Source of the DNA: Mobula hypostoma
Lineage: Eukaryota
Reading direction: 5' to 3'
DNA length: 64,000 nucleotides
Assembly (NCBI RefSeq): GCF_963921235.1
Contig: NC_086097.1
Location: 137,518,001 to 137,582,000 of the forward strand
The position numbers and the translations under genes were made by a program. How positions within the stretch are numbered: the stretch's first letter is position 1; each line of letters starts with the position of its first letter. Positions 14,241 to 27,165 of this stretch are shown here, in pieces. The notes beneath the pieces were generated by a model. The model saw only the letters and a list, made by a program, of their open reading frames with translations, searched no databases and had not been told where the DNA came from.

Positions 14241-15374
14241 TCTTACTCAAGACTAAATATTGTGGGTAAAAACAAAGGCTTGAATTTGTGCAGTGTTTAA
14301 CAATCAATGAAATCATCATTTTTAATATTGGAAATAAATTAAACAATTGTTTCCAGATTAAGCTCCCAAATCATTTATTTCAGCAATAGGAATTTAAGAT
14401 CAGGAAGGGAAATATAAAATAACAGCAAAATACTTGCTGTCAGTTCTGTTATGTTTTGCAACTTCAAAACATTAAACTAATTCAAAGGAAGACAGAGGAG
14501 TCAAAAATACAGGTCTAACTTCAAGTTTACTTTAAGCGAGTTGCACATGATAACATGCAATTCTTGTACTTATACATATGACCTGTAATGAATTATTTAA
14601 AGGAACAGGAATGCTTAATCAACCAATATACTGTATATACAAGATTATTGAAATATTAAATACACAACATATTAGTTAGAGGATTTCTGCAGCGATCAAG
14701 CATAGAATGAGCTAAAAAGACCATCTTCTCTTTCTCCTTGGGTAGATTCTCAAGGCCAAGGATAAATTAGTCCAACAAAATGGAGGATGCTTCTAGGTGA
14801 GTACTTCTGTCGTGGGTGATCACTGCACTCCATCCACCACATGGTCCTGATAGAGTATGGTCCAAGTCTAATGGAAAAAGTGGTCAAAGATAATTACAAG
14901 CCAGCTCTGCTCCCTGGAGCTCAAACACACACAAAATACATAGACATATGCACGGTTTACTCAATGAGTTTCGTCTAATTTAATTGTAGTCTGGTGAATG
15001 TGACAGTAATCTAATCTAATAACTACTCACACTCCAGCCATACATAGATGGAGTTTAATCACACTGACAGACAGCTATGTATACATATACTCTTGTCCAC
15101 AGCAGGAGGAGCTGTACTTATAAAATAATAATTGATTCAAGAGTCAACTAAAGTTAGGGGTCTGGGAAAGATATAAAGAAACAACAAATAAATCAAACTG
15201 TAAGATCCATAAAATACTAACATGAAAGCAAATGCAACATACATCAAGGTTGCTAGAACATATTTTTTTATTTGAAAGAACACGAGAAGCTAAAGAAAAG
15301 TTGGGGGATTGTGTGTCCTATAAAATTAAATGGATTACATTTTGTTAGCCTTCATTATAGAGGAAGGTAACATA

Positions 15375-15865
15375 CACTTAGTGACCACTTTATTAGTTAC
15401 ACCTGGCAGCACTTCAATGCATAAAGGAATGCAGACTTAGTCAAGAGGTTCAGTTGTTGTTCAGCCTAAACATCAGAATGGAGAAGAAATGTGATCTAAC
15501 TGTCTTTGACCATGGAATAATTGTTGGCACCAGATGGGGTAGTTTGAGTATCACAGAAACTGCTGATCTTTTGGATTTTCATGCACAACAATCTCTAGAA
15601 TTTACAGAGATTGTTGCGAGAAACAAAAAAAATAACCAGTGAGTAGCAGCTCCATGGGCAAAAATACCTTGTTAATGAGAGAAGTGAGAGGAGAATGGCC
15701 AAACTCGTTCAAGCTGACAGGAAGGCGACAGTAACTCAAGCAACTACACATTACGACAGTGGTGGGCAAAAGAGCATCTCTGAACGCACAACACCCCAAA
15801 CCTTGAAGTGGATGGGCAAAGCAGTAGGGTTCCGGTCCTGCGCCAAATAAAGTGGCCAAAGAATG
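15375..15865 (+). mobile_element. Internally deleted Tc1-like DNA transposon
   Basis: TA-flanked termini CACTTAGTGACCACTTTATT / AATAAAGTGGCCAAAGAATG; transposase HTH remnant MEKKCDLTVFDHGIIVGTRWGSLSITETADLLDF. Confidence 0.8.
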
Positions 15866-17439
15866 TATATGAAATTCCACATAGTAATGAATCAAGAACT
15901 AGCACTTACTAAAGATAAAATAAACATACTAAAATAAATCACACTGAAGACAGAATGACATTCAAATCCCAATAATTTCCGCCTTAAGTTTTAAGGGAAG
16001 TAGTTGATGGTATAGCCATGATCTTCAAAAGTTCAGTTCAGGAATTCAAGTTCACATTCATTGTCATAGGCATATATACACTGGGTAAATACATTATGAA
16101 AATTAGCTTTTTGCAGCAGCAGCACAGCACATACATTGGTTAACAAAAACTTAAAGTAATAAATTATTCAGAACCAATGTGACAAAATAAACAGGGGTTT
16201 TCAAGTCTGTTCAACAACGTGATGACAGTGGAGAAGAAGCTGCTGTGGAATCTTGAGGTGTGGGTCTTCAGGCTCCCTCATGACAGCATTGAGAAGATGG
16301 CATCCAAATGGTGCAGATCCTTGATGACAGATACCACCGTCCTGAGACATTGACTCTTGTGGATGTCTTCAGTGGAATACTGCCTATACAACTCCATTAT
16401 TTAAGAAGGACTTAAGTCTAACCTTCCATGAGAACGTTATAGAATCAATAGTCTAATATCTATTGTGAAGAAGTTATTGGAATCTAAGACCGATTGAATG
16501 ATTATTTAGAGAAGCCTGAAATAAACAGAGAGAACAAGTATTTGTAAAGATTAGGGTATATCTAATGAAAACAACTCTATTTTTGGGTTAATAAGTAAAT
16601 TAACAGTCATGTATTTATATTGGCATCTGAAATGTGCTTGTTAAACTTTCACAGTTAAACTGAAGGAAAATGGTTAATCAAATGAGGGTTAAAGATTGTG
16701 GAATGTACAGCATTTGATTTCGAAAGAATACCTCTTGATGTTTTATAGGTATCCATGTGGGTTGTAGCTACAGCTAGCCGATAGATCGTTTAATGAATTA
16801 GGTAACACTATAAATAGCATGTTTCTATTGACACAAAGGATAGTTGTACAATAAATGATGCAGATGGGAACATCAAGTTACAAAGAGATATTAACAGATT
16901 AAGTGAGTTTGCAAAATTGTGGCAGATGGATTTCAACAAAGATAACTGGGAAGTTTTCCAATCTCAGTAACTCTTGTTCTTAATTAAATTGTAAAATGCT
17001 AGAATGAGGGAAGGTTCAAAGTGATTCAAGTGTCTCCATAAACTTTTCTTGAATATGGAGCAGTCAATTACTTAAAAATACTACTTAAAAAAAGGAGTTT
17101 TTTTCGTCCTAATACAGTACACAATTTCCTGGTATGCAGAGTATAAAAATTGCTGGATACATTCAACAGGTCACACAACATCTGTTACTTAAACAGTTAT
17201 AGAGTTAACATTTCAAGGTGATGTCCCTTTGTCTGGATTCAGAAAACAACCCCAAAAATAAAACTCCATATGCTGGAAATCTGAAACATAAAATGGAAAA
17301 TGTAGGCCACTTTTCTGGGAAGAGAAACAGAAATATTTCAGGTTGTTTATCAAGAAATCTTCCTTTTGTTCAATATATTGATCCCCACAAAGGCAACAGA
17401 GAACTATGACAGGACAAAAGAAACTATCTATAGTAGAGT

Positions 17440-17720
17440 CAAGCAACACACATCAAAGTTGCTGGTGAATGCAGTAGGCCAGGCAGCATCTCTAGGAAGA
17501 GGTACAGTCGACGTTTTGGGCTGAGACCCTTCATCAGGACTAACTGAAGGAAGAGCTAGTAAGAGATTTGAAAGTGGGAGGGGGAGGGGGAGATCCAAAA
17601 TGATAGGAGAAGACAGGAGGGGAAGGGATGGAGCCAAGAGCTGGACAGGTGATTGGCAAAAGGGATATGAGAGGATCATGGGACAGGAGGCCTAGGGAAA
17701 AGGAAAAGGGGGAGGGGGGT
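17440..17720 (-). mobile_element. Penelope-like pLTR fragment with degenerate hammerhead (17506-17541)
   Basis: Reverse-complement homolog of 1-238; core CTGATGA intact but GAAA changed to AAAA. Confidence 0.7.
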
Positions 17721-20371
17721 TAGATTCAAGACAGATTTCAGAAGGGATAGGCTGGGTTAAGACATCTGGCTTACAGGTTAATGAACACAATTGAAGACAG
17801 AACATGACGGAGAAACTTTAAAGCTATCTAGTGAGAGAAAAAAAATAATGTTATAACTGCTAAATACAAAGTTGTAGCAAATGACCAGCAGGTCAAGTAG
17901 TGCTAACACTTTGAGAAAACTTAAAATATTACAGATGGATGACCAAAGCAGTTCTAATGATACAAACAGAAAATGTGGGTTAACTCAAGTTATACTGAGT
18001 TTGGGAAGCCACAATTTGCCTATAAGCAAGATAAGGTGCCATACCCCCCTCCCAACAGTGCAGAGCTTCCTTTTCAACCTAAATTACAGGCTTGAGTCTA
18101 TGGAATGGGACTGGAACACGGAACCTACTGACCCAGAGTCAAATAAACTATTCACTGATTACACTGCCACCTGAGACGATGAAATGGATACAATGTATTT
18201 TGATACTCCTATTGGCACATTTCAATACTTGTGTAAAGAAGTGTTCCAAAGGATCATGTTCATGTAGGCTGCCACAGTGAACTGGAGTGAGGTTTTAGGA
18301 ATAGCCTTATCCAATCAGACCAGCGCTTGAAGAATCAGTGACAGAATCTGTGGAACTTGTACCGTAATGCAGATATAGGCAGCAGGGCTACGTTGCAGTA
18401 TTAAATGGCAATGTCATCAACATAGTGTACCTTTGAAGCAAGCCACATGCTATTTTTAAAATAATATTTTGATAAAAAGCAGCATCACACTCCATCAGCA
18501 AACGTCACCATTCCTTTTATAAGATTCTGACTCATCAGGAAGGTGAACATGGTTAGCAGTCATTAAGAAGCCAATTCATATAAAGTAATTCCATTTTATT
18601 CATTGAAGTGCAACACCCTCTCATGCTGAGCATGTGGTGTCATCCATAATTTAATGTAGACCACTTTCAATTCTAAGTTAAAAGGTTCTGCATTCAAAGA
18701 CTCTGCACAATCAACAATGAATATACTACCAAAACTATTTAATTGGCAGGAAAGTACTTTGGCATATCCTAAGTCTATGAACCATGCAGTAGAGATTCAA
18801 GTCTTTATTTTATTCCAGGCTGTTATTCTATCCGAGCCATGAAGGAGCTGACTCATGCTGGAGTTTAGTTCCTCCAATATCCATCATCTTCCCAGTCTTC
18901 CTCCTGGTGGCTTTTCTTGAGAATTGGTAGTTTGCTGTTTACATACCCACCCACCTCAATCGCCCTTGAATCTCATCCTAATTGCCTCATTGTAAACCAG
19001 GATTCTTCTTGTTACACGTTTGGCTTAGTTCAACGATAAATGGCGCGCAAAGAGTCAGTCAGAAACTTAAGTAGATGATGATGCAATTCCAAGTTCCAAA
19101 TTCACTTACTGCATCATCAAATGAAATTATTTTTCTGCTCCAGGAATTACTCAGCACTTACAAAGCAGTCATCCATTACTGAATCGCCTAGGGATGTCTG
19201 AAAGACGAACTGGAAACCACGCAGTAGTGCCAACTCCTAATCACTGACTCAATACTAATGAGATAGCTCAATTGATTTTTTAAATATCTGTTGCTAGAAG
19301 TGTCCTTTCTGGATTGGCAATGAGAAATAATCTCATGATCACAATTCCTTAATGCAACCTGTCATTACTGCAGATCAAAAAGGCAATCGGAAGAATGTGA
19401 GACCTTGTAGAACAAATAGTTCATCAGTCACTCCTTTCACTGAATATGTGAGAAAATAATTGTTCCTCATTTATTTAATTTCATAGAAAGTTTTAACTTA
19501 CAAGATGTTGGCATCAGGGGCAAGGCTGACATTTATTGCCCAACCAAAACTGCTCTGTAAAAGGATACACATTCAGTGAGGTTTTAATATCCAATGGTGC
19601 CTACTGCAGAGTATGATGACTATACACATTAAGACATAAAGAGCAAAATTAAGTGCATGCAGTTTGTTCAAAGGCTCCTCACAAGGGGTCTTTGGAACTT
19701 TCTGTGTAGTATGAATAGCAGATAGTTATATGGCACAATCCCTAAAAATTAACAGAGTAACAATTATTGTTCACAATCAGTACAGGTGTCCAAGGAAATC
19801 TGAAAGGAGGGCAAGGGTGGGGTTGTGTTCCCAGGAAAGAGTACTTAAGAGTCATAAAACACAACAGCATAGACATGCCATTTGGCCCATATAGTCTGTG
19901 CCACAACATCAATCTGCCTAACCTACACCCGGAACATAGCCCCCCATACCTCTCCCATCCAAGTACCTATCCAAATTTCTCCTTAATGTTGAAATCGACC
20001 CCACATTCACAACTACACTGGCAGCTCACTCCACACTCTCACCACCCTCTGAGTGAATAAGTTCATCCTCATGTTCCCCTTAAACATTTCACCTTTTACC
20101 CTTAATCCATGACATCTATTGTAGTCCCATCCAACCTCAGAGGAAAAAGCCTGCCTACATATGTCCTCAAGTACCTCATTTATTCCACCTGCCTATACCT
20201 GCTCTGCACCTCCTTCCTTATCTTAACCTGGGCCTCAATATCTCTCAAAAACCAAGGTTCTCTAAACTTGCTATCCTTGTCTTTTATTCTGACAAGAACA
20301 TACTGTAAAGTATGGGTCTATTTCTTTTAAAGCAGTGACCCTGACCCTTAGCATTATGTGTTGGTCAGTTG

Positions 20372-20772
20372 TTCAACACTTTATATTCTGTCTGGGTAGC
20401 TTCCAGCCTGATGGCATTGAACTTCTGGTAATGCCCCCCCCCCTCATTCCCCCTCACCATTCCCCATCACCTCTCGCTGGTGCTCCTCTGCCCTCTACTT
20501 TCTTCCATGGCCTTCTGTCCTCTCCTATCAGACTCCCTGTTCTCTGGCTCTGTATCTCTTTCACCAATCAACTTCCCAGCTCTTGCCTTCCCCTCCTGAT
20601 TTCACCTAACACCTTGTTTTTCTCTCTGCTCTCCTCCACCTTTTAAATCTACTCATGTTTTTTTTTTCTCCAGTCCCACCAAAGGGTCTCAGCCCAAAAC
20701 GTCGGCTGTACTCTTTTCCCCCCATAGATGCTGCCTGGCCTGCTGAGTTCCTCCAGCATTTTGTGTTGTGTT
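20372..20772 (+). mobile_element. Penelope-like element 3' end (GIY-YIG C-terminal remnant + pLTR)
   Basis: QHFIFCLGSFQPDGI at ~20374-20418 resembles the EQHLIFRLGxLQPxG(L/M)N end of PLE endonucleases; followed by the same pyrimidine-rich UTR and a decayed hammerhead (~20672-20707). Confidence 0.65.
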
Positions 20773-20774
20773 GC

Positions 20775-23077
20775 ATCGGTGTGGCAAATCCTCCCATGAC
20801 GCAAGTGACTGTTGGTTCAAAGAAAAAGTCTGCAGAAAGTGTCGCAAACAAGGTCACATAGAGAGTATGTGCCAGGCAGACAAGTGCAACCCAGTGAAGC
20901 CTCAAACACAAAACTAAGCAAATGCTTTAAAGTTACGGAATGTAAAACAGATTCGGACAACATAGAGTCTGATAAATGTGAACTGTCATGCCCAGAAATG
21001 CATAGTATTACTGAAGCAGATTGCAGTATAATATGGATCACAATAGATGTGCCTGGCATAAAACTGAAGATGGAGCTGGAGACAGGGTCAGCTTTGTCTA
21101 TAATTCCAGGGGCTGACTACAACAGACTGTCAGTGATGCTAAGGGCCTACACAAGTGGAAAAAGTGTCTCCCAAAGGCAAACTGAAGGTGAATGTGATGT
21201 ATGGAGGCCAAGCACAGCAGTTAGAACCTTGTGTATTGAAAAGTGGAGAGCCAGCACTTTTCCGATGTTGAGGTTGAGAAAAATCCAACTAGACTGGCAC
21301 TCAATCAGAGCTCTCAGTGTGGCATCAACAGGCAAGAACTGCCCAAATGGTTGCACTAACCAGAGACTGGCACAGCTGCTTAATGCTAATGAGAAGGTAC
21401 ATTCTAAGGCATGAAGGTCAATTGAATTGAATGAAGTAGCAACACCAAGATTCCACAAGCGTATCCAGGACCTTACACAGTGTCCTAAAATGGATGCTGA
21501 ACTGCAGACCTTGGAGGCGTCTGGAATTCCCTCCAAGATTGAGTGGAGTGATTAGGCCATGTCCATTGCCTCAGTGATCAAGAAAGGGATGGCTGGAGCC
21601 ATTTGCATATGTGGGAATTTCAAGGTGAGCATCAACCTGGTGCTGTGTACTGTGCAGTATCCCCTGACATGAATAGAAGACATTCGTGCATCTTTGGCAG
21701 GTGGGAAGAGGGTTTCAAAGATTGACTTATTACAAGTGGAGATTGAGGGGTCAAGCAGGAAGTTCCTCACAATCAACACTCACAAGGGACTGATCCAGTA
21801 TCATCTTTGGCATCACATCAGCTCCAGCAATTTGGCAAAGGGCAATGGACCAAGAGCTCCAAGATATCCCAGGAACATAACGTTAACTTGATGACATCAT
21901 CATGACTGGCAAAATGACGAAGATCACCTCCAGAACCTTGGTAAGGTGCTTACCAGGCTGAGTAAGTATGGTCTATGTGCAACGTGAGAGAAATGTGAGT
22001 TTTTCGAGAATGAAATCTAATATTGTGGACATGTCTTTGACAAGCGTGGCTTACATAAGTCACAAGAGAAGATTGAAGCAGTGCTCCAGGTACCCAAACT
22101 GAAAAATACGTCACAACTCAGATCATACTTGGACCTTGTAAACTACTACCACCTGTTCTTCCAAGCATTGCTACAGCGCTGCATCCATTGAATGCACTGT
22201 TACAGACAGGAGCAAAGTGGGAATGGTCAGAAAGATGTGAAAAAACATTCAAGGAAACAAAGAGACTAATAACATCCAAACTGCTCAGCTATCATGACTG
22301 ATCCCTGCCCATGAGATTGGTGTGCGATGTGTCCCCTAATGGCATTGGAGCCATTTTGTCACACATTATGAAAGGCGGAACTGAACGCCCGATAGCTACA
22401 AGAACTGGACCGCTGATGTGCACCGTGGATGTTGGAGATCAGCCATGGAGGTGTCATGTGGACCAGATTCTGGATGCCCACCCGAGTTGATTGCATCCAA
22501 CAAGATGGACACATTATAGTCACCGGACTTGCCTCGCAGTGATGATCGTGTCACTGACAGCAACATGACACCGGAAACTGAGAATGTTGTCTTAGACAAG
22601 ACATCTACCAACCCTGATGCCACTCCGTAGGCCCAGAGGCACAACGAGAATGTTATTGTTAACGTTAACGAGACTCCTCCCAAATCTGATGCCACTCCAC
22701 AGCCCCTATCCTCAAGGAAACAGAGTGCTACCCAAAAGACAACCTTTAGAACTGTGAACCTAGTTATGGACTGTTATTGTGAAAGCATGTTTATTTGGAA
22801 TGGGGGTTTATGAAAGGGAAATTCAATGTTTTCTACATATACAGTTTTATGTTGCATTAATCTAAATGGGAGGAAGTGTAATGTATGGATCTATTTCATT
22901 TAGAACAATGCCCCCCCCCCTTAGCACTACATATTGATCTGTCGTCTGCATGTGGTTTGTTGTCTACGCATGCACATTGTTCTCTCTCTCACACACTGCA
23001 ATGTGAATACATCAGTTAAAGCCATCTCCCACGTGTGTGCTTATTTAATCGAAAAGTAGTTGTGCACAGACACAACA
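20775..23077 (+). mobile_element. Decayed Gypsy LTR retrotransposon (pol remnant + 3' LTR)
   Basis: Protease MELETGSALSII (for D-T-G), RT ICGNFKVSIN and LDDII, RNase H CDVSPNGIGAILSH; polypurine tract ~22865-22876 followed by TG...CA LTR ~22877-23077. Confidence 0.8.
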
Positions 23078-23079
23078 CG

Positions 23080-25615
23080 TACAGACTGTGTACTCCCGAA
23101 ATCTCACTTTTGAAGGTCTCCCACTTACCAAGTACTTCTTTGTCAAAAAACAACCTGCCCCATTATACACTTCCCAGATTCTTTCTGATACCATCAAAAT
23201 TGGCCTTCCTCCAATTAGTAAATCTCAACCAGAGGGCCAGACCTATCCTTATCCATAATTATCTTGAAACTAATAGCATTATGATCACTAGATGCAAAGT
23301 GTTCTCCTACACAGACTTCTGTCACCTGCCCTGTCTCATTCCCTAATAGGAGATCTATAATCACACTCACTCTATTTGTGACTTATTTGTACTGATTAAG
23401 GAAACTTAAGACCATAAGATGATAAGACATAGGAACAGAATTAGGCCATTCAGCCTATTGAATCTGCTCCACTATTTCATCATGGCTGATCCTGGAACCC
23501 ACTCAACCCCATACACCTGCCTTCTTGCCATATACTTTGATGCCCTGACCGATCAGGAAACTATCAACTTCCACCTTAAATATACCCACGGAATTGGGCT
23601 CCACTGCAGTCTGTGGTAGAGCACTCCACAGCTTCACCACTCTAGCTAGAAAAAACACCTCCTTACCTCCATTCTAAAAGGTCATCCCTCAATTTTGAGG
23701 CTATGCCCTGTAGTTCTGGATACTCCCACCATCCTCTCCACATCCACCCTATCTAGTCCTTTCAACATTCAGTAGGTTTCAATGAGATCCCCGCACATTC
23801 TTCTAAATTCCAGTGATCTGCCAAACACTCCTCATACAGTATGTTAACCCTGGAATCATCCTCATGAACCTCCTCTGGACTCTCTACAATGACAACACAT
23901 CCTCTCTGTGATTTGGGGCCCTAAATTGTTGACAATACTACAAGTGCAACCTGACTAGTACCTTATAAAGCCTCAGCATTATCTCCTTGTTTTTATATTC
24001 TATTCCCCTTGAAATAAATACCAACATTGCATTTGCCTTCCTTACCACAGACTCAACCTGTAAGTTAATCTTCTGGGAGTCTTACATGAGGACTCCTAAG
24101 TCCCTCTGCACCTCTGATGTTTGAACCTTCTCCCCATTTAGATAATAATCTACACTATTGTTCCTTTTACCAAAATGCATTATCATACATTTCTCAACAC
24201 TGTATTCCATGTGTCACTTTTTTTGCCCATTATTCCAATTTGTCCAAGTTCTGCTACAATTGCATTGCTTCCTCAGCACAACCTACCCCTCCACCTATCT
24301 TCGTATCATCTGCAAACTTTGCCACAAAGCCTTCAATTTCATGAGCACATTTGACAGACTCTTTTCCATCCAGTCCCTTTACAGTATGGGAGTCCCTAGT
24401 CAATATGCGGAAAGCTAAAATCACCTACAATCACAGCCTTATGTTTCTTGCAACAGTCTGTGATCTCTCTGCAAATTTGCTTCTTCAAGTCTTGCAGACT
24501 GTTGGGAGGTCTATAATATAATCCCATTAACCTGGTTATACCTTTCTTATTCCCCTGTTCTACCCATAAAGCCTTACTAAATGAGCTCTCCAGTCTGAGC
24601 ACTGTTGTGACATCTTCCCTGACTAGTAATGGCAGCCCATGCCCTGTAATCCCTCTCGCTATAATCACATTTAAAACAATGGAACCCTGGCACATTGATG
24701 TACTAGTCCTGCCCCTCCTGCAATCATGTCTTACAAATGGCTACAATGTCATAATTCCACGTGCTGATCCATGCCCTAAGTTCATCCGCCTTTCCTACAA
24801 TACCCCTTGTATTGAAATTTACGCAGCTTAGAACATTAGTCCCACCATGCTCGACTTTTTGATTCCCAACTTTGTATGTAGGCTTAACAACATCTTTCTC
24901 CACAACGTCTTTCTGGTACTCCTGTTCCCATACCCCTGCAACTCCTGTTTATCCCAACCCCCGTGCAGCACTAGCAAACCTTCCTGCTAGGAAAGTAGTC
25001 CCCTTCCAGCTCAGAAGCAAACTGCCCCTTCTGTACAGGTCCCACCTTCCCTGGAAGAGAACCTAATGATCCAAAATTCTGAAGCCCTTCCTCCTGTACT
25101 ATCTCCTTAGCCACGTGTTAAACTGTTTGATCTTCTTATTTCTGGCCTCACTAGCAAGTGGTACGGGTAGCAACCCTGGAGGTCCTGTCCTTTAACTTAG
25201 CATCTAACTCCCTGAACACACTTTGCAGAACCTCATCCCTCCTTCTTCCCATGTCATTAGTACCAGAATGGACTTTGACCTCTGTCTGATGACCCTCCCA
25301 CTCAAGAATGCTGTGGACTCGATCTGAGATGTCCTGGACCCTGGCATCCGCGGGGCAACGTACCGTCCAGGAATCTTGTTCTTGTCCACAGAACCTCCCT
25401 TCTGTTCCTCTAACCAATGAATCCCCTATCACTACAGCTAGCCTCTTCTACCCCCTTCCCTTCTGAGCCATAGAGCCAGAGACCTGACTGCTGTGGCTTT
25501 CCTCTGCTAGGTCATCCTGCCCGCAACAGTATCCAAAACGGGACACCTATCATTAAGGGGAATAGCCACAAGGTACTCTGCACTGACTGCCTATCCCCCT
25601 TCTCTTGATGGTCAC
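23080..25615 (-). mobile_element. Nested decayed CR1 LINEs, including an ORF1 SGNH-esterase remnant
   Basis: IGDSLVRG...SGTND (25151-25432), YYRPPNS/GDFSFPHID endonuclease remnant; a second CR1 3' end is nested at ~23410-24340. Confidence 0.8.
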
Positions 25616-26541
25616 TCCGTTACCAACCTCGATCGCAGGGCACTGCAGAGAGTGGTACAAACAGCCCAGTGCATCTGTGGATGTGAACTCCGCTCTATTG
25701 AGGAGAGGACATTTATAGCAGCAGGTGCAGAAAGAAGATCACCAGTCACCCCATTCATAAACTGTTTCAGCTGCTTCCGTCTGCAAACAGTACTGCAGTA
25801 TTGAAGCCAGGACCAACAGGCTATGGGACAGATCCTTTCAACAAGCCATTAGATTTTTAAATTCACGTGTCTGTATATTGCAATGGAGACATAATGCAAA
25901 GATTTTTACTCCCTCGCATTGTGGGATGGATGCAAGATTTAAATAAATTCTAAATTCTGTGTCCTGCACCTTGGATGTTACAACCTACCTATCAACCCCT
26001 CAGCCTCCCAAATGATCCGGAGTTCATCTCTTAAACACGGTCTTTTAGAAGGTGCAGCTGGATGCACTTCTCATCAGTGTCGTAAGAGACACTAGCAGTC
26101 TCTCTGCCTTCCCAGATCCCACAAGAGGAGCATTCACCTATCCTGCCTGGCATCTCTACTGCTCTAAGTATGCACTAAGAAAGAAAGAAAGAAAAAGAAC
26201 AAATACGACAAGATCTACCTGTGGCCTGTCCTTGTTGAAGCCTTGATGAACCAAAGCCACAACTCCCCACTCTAACACTGGTGCAGCTACACAATGGTCA
26301 CTCCCACAATGGCTGATCCACCTAAACACAACTTCTTTTTATTGCATTTGCAAAGTGCCTAATTATGCCCAATCCAATGTCTCCTTGGGAACTGTGGCAC
26401 ACAGAAAAATGTGCCAGCTGCCCTGATTGCTGCCTCTAAAATCTCTCTCCCTCTATATATTCCAATGTCTCCTCAGGAACTGTGTTTTTTTAAATATTGT
26501 ACAATCCCTTTCAGAATTTTAACTGCATTCTGTTATGCTCA

Positions 26542-27165
26542 TGTAATGCCCTGGTTCACATCTTCACTGTTATGCTGTAGGTATTTCATTTAACAGTTCT
26601 GTATGAGCAGTCTGTTCTGCTTTCAGCCTCTTTGGGTTATTGCTGAAGTTAAGGGATGGTGTGGCATGTGTGTCATCCAGTTAGGGGGAGATTTTCTTGG
26701 TGAGGGACACTAAGGTTGGTCTTGGAGTTTTTTTTGTTTTGGCGGGGATGAAGAGAGAAGACACTGGGGAGAACCGGTCGTAGGATATGATCTGGTGGGA
26801 GACCCATTTGTTTGAGATGGACTGTGAGCAATATTTGGAAGGTGGTGTGTGCTTCCACGCAGAGTGACAGAGAAGTTCAAGATGAGCTCCAACTTCAGCA
26901 CATTTGACTGTTTAATTAAAATGGGCCCTTTTCTTTTTGTTTTCTTTACTAAACCTTAGTTAAGACCCATAAATATAATTCCTTTAATCGTATGCAGCGC
27001 ACTGTCTGTCATTTCGTGGCACTAATTTGTAACAGGGTAGCAAATGACCCAGCGTCCACACAAGCTGGTGTTTGGAGTGGGAGAGCCATTTCAGTTTCAC
27101 GAGTTTGGCGAGACCAAATAGTGTTTTCCCTAGACTTACGCAGCCAAGGAAACCAGGGGGTTTCA
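26542..27165 (+). mobile_element. Solo LTR (same family as 57866-58694)
   Basis: TGTAATGCCCTGGTT...AACCAGGGGGTTTCA inverted termini; flanks CTCA/CTTA (near 4-bp TSD); first ~120 nt align to the reverse complement of ~58575-58694. Strand is relative. Confidence 0.7.

Noticed and set aside
14447..14669. Possible solo LTR (TGTT...AACA termini)
   Set aside because: No TSD and no confident second copy in the window, so not listed as a feature.
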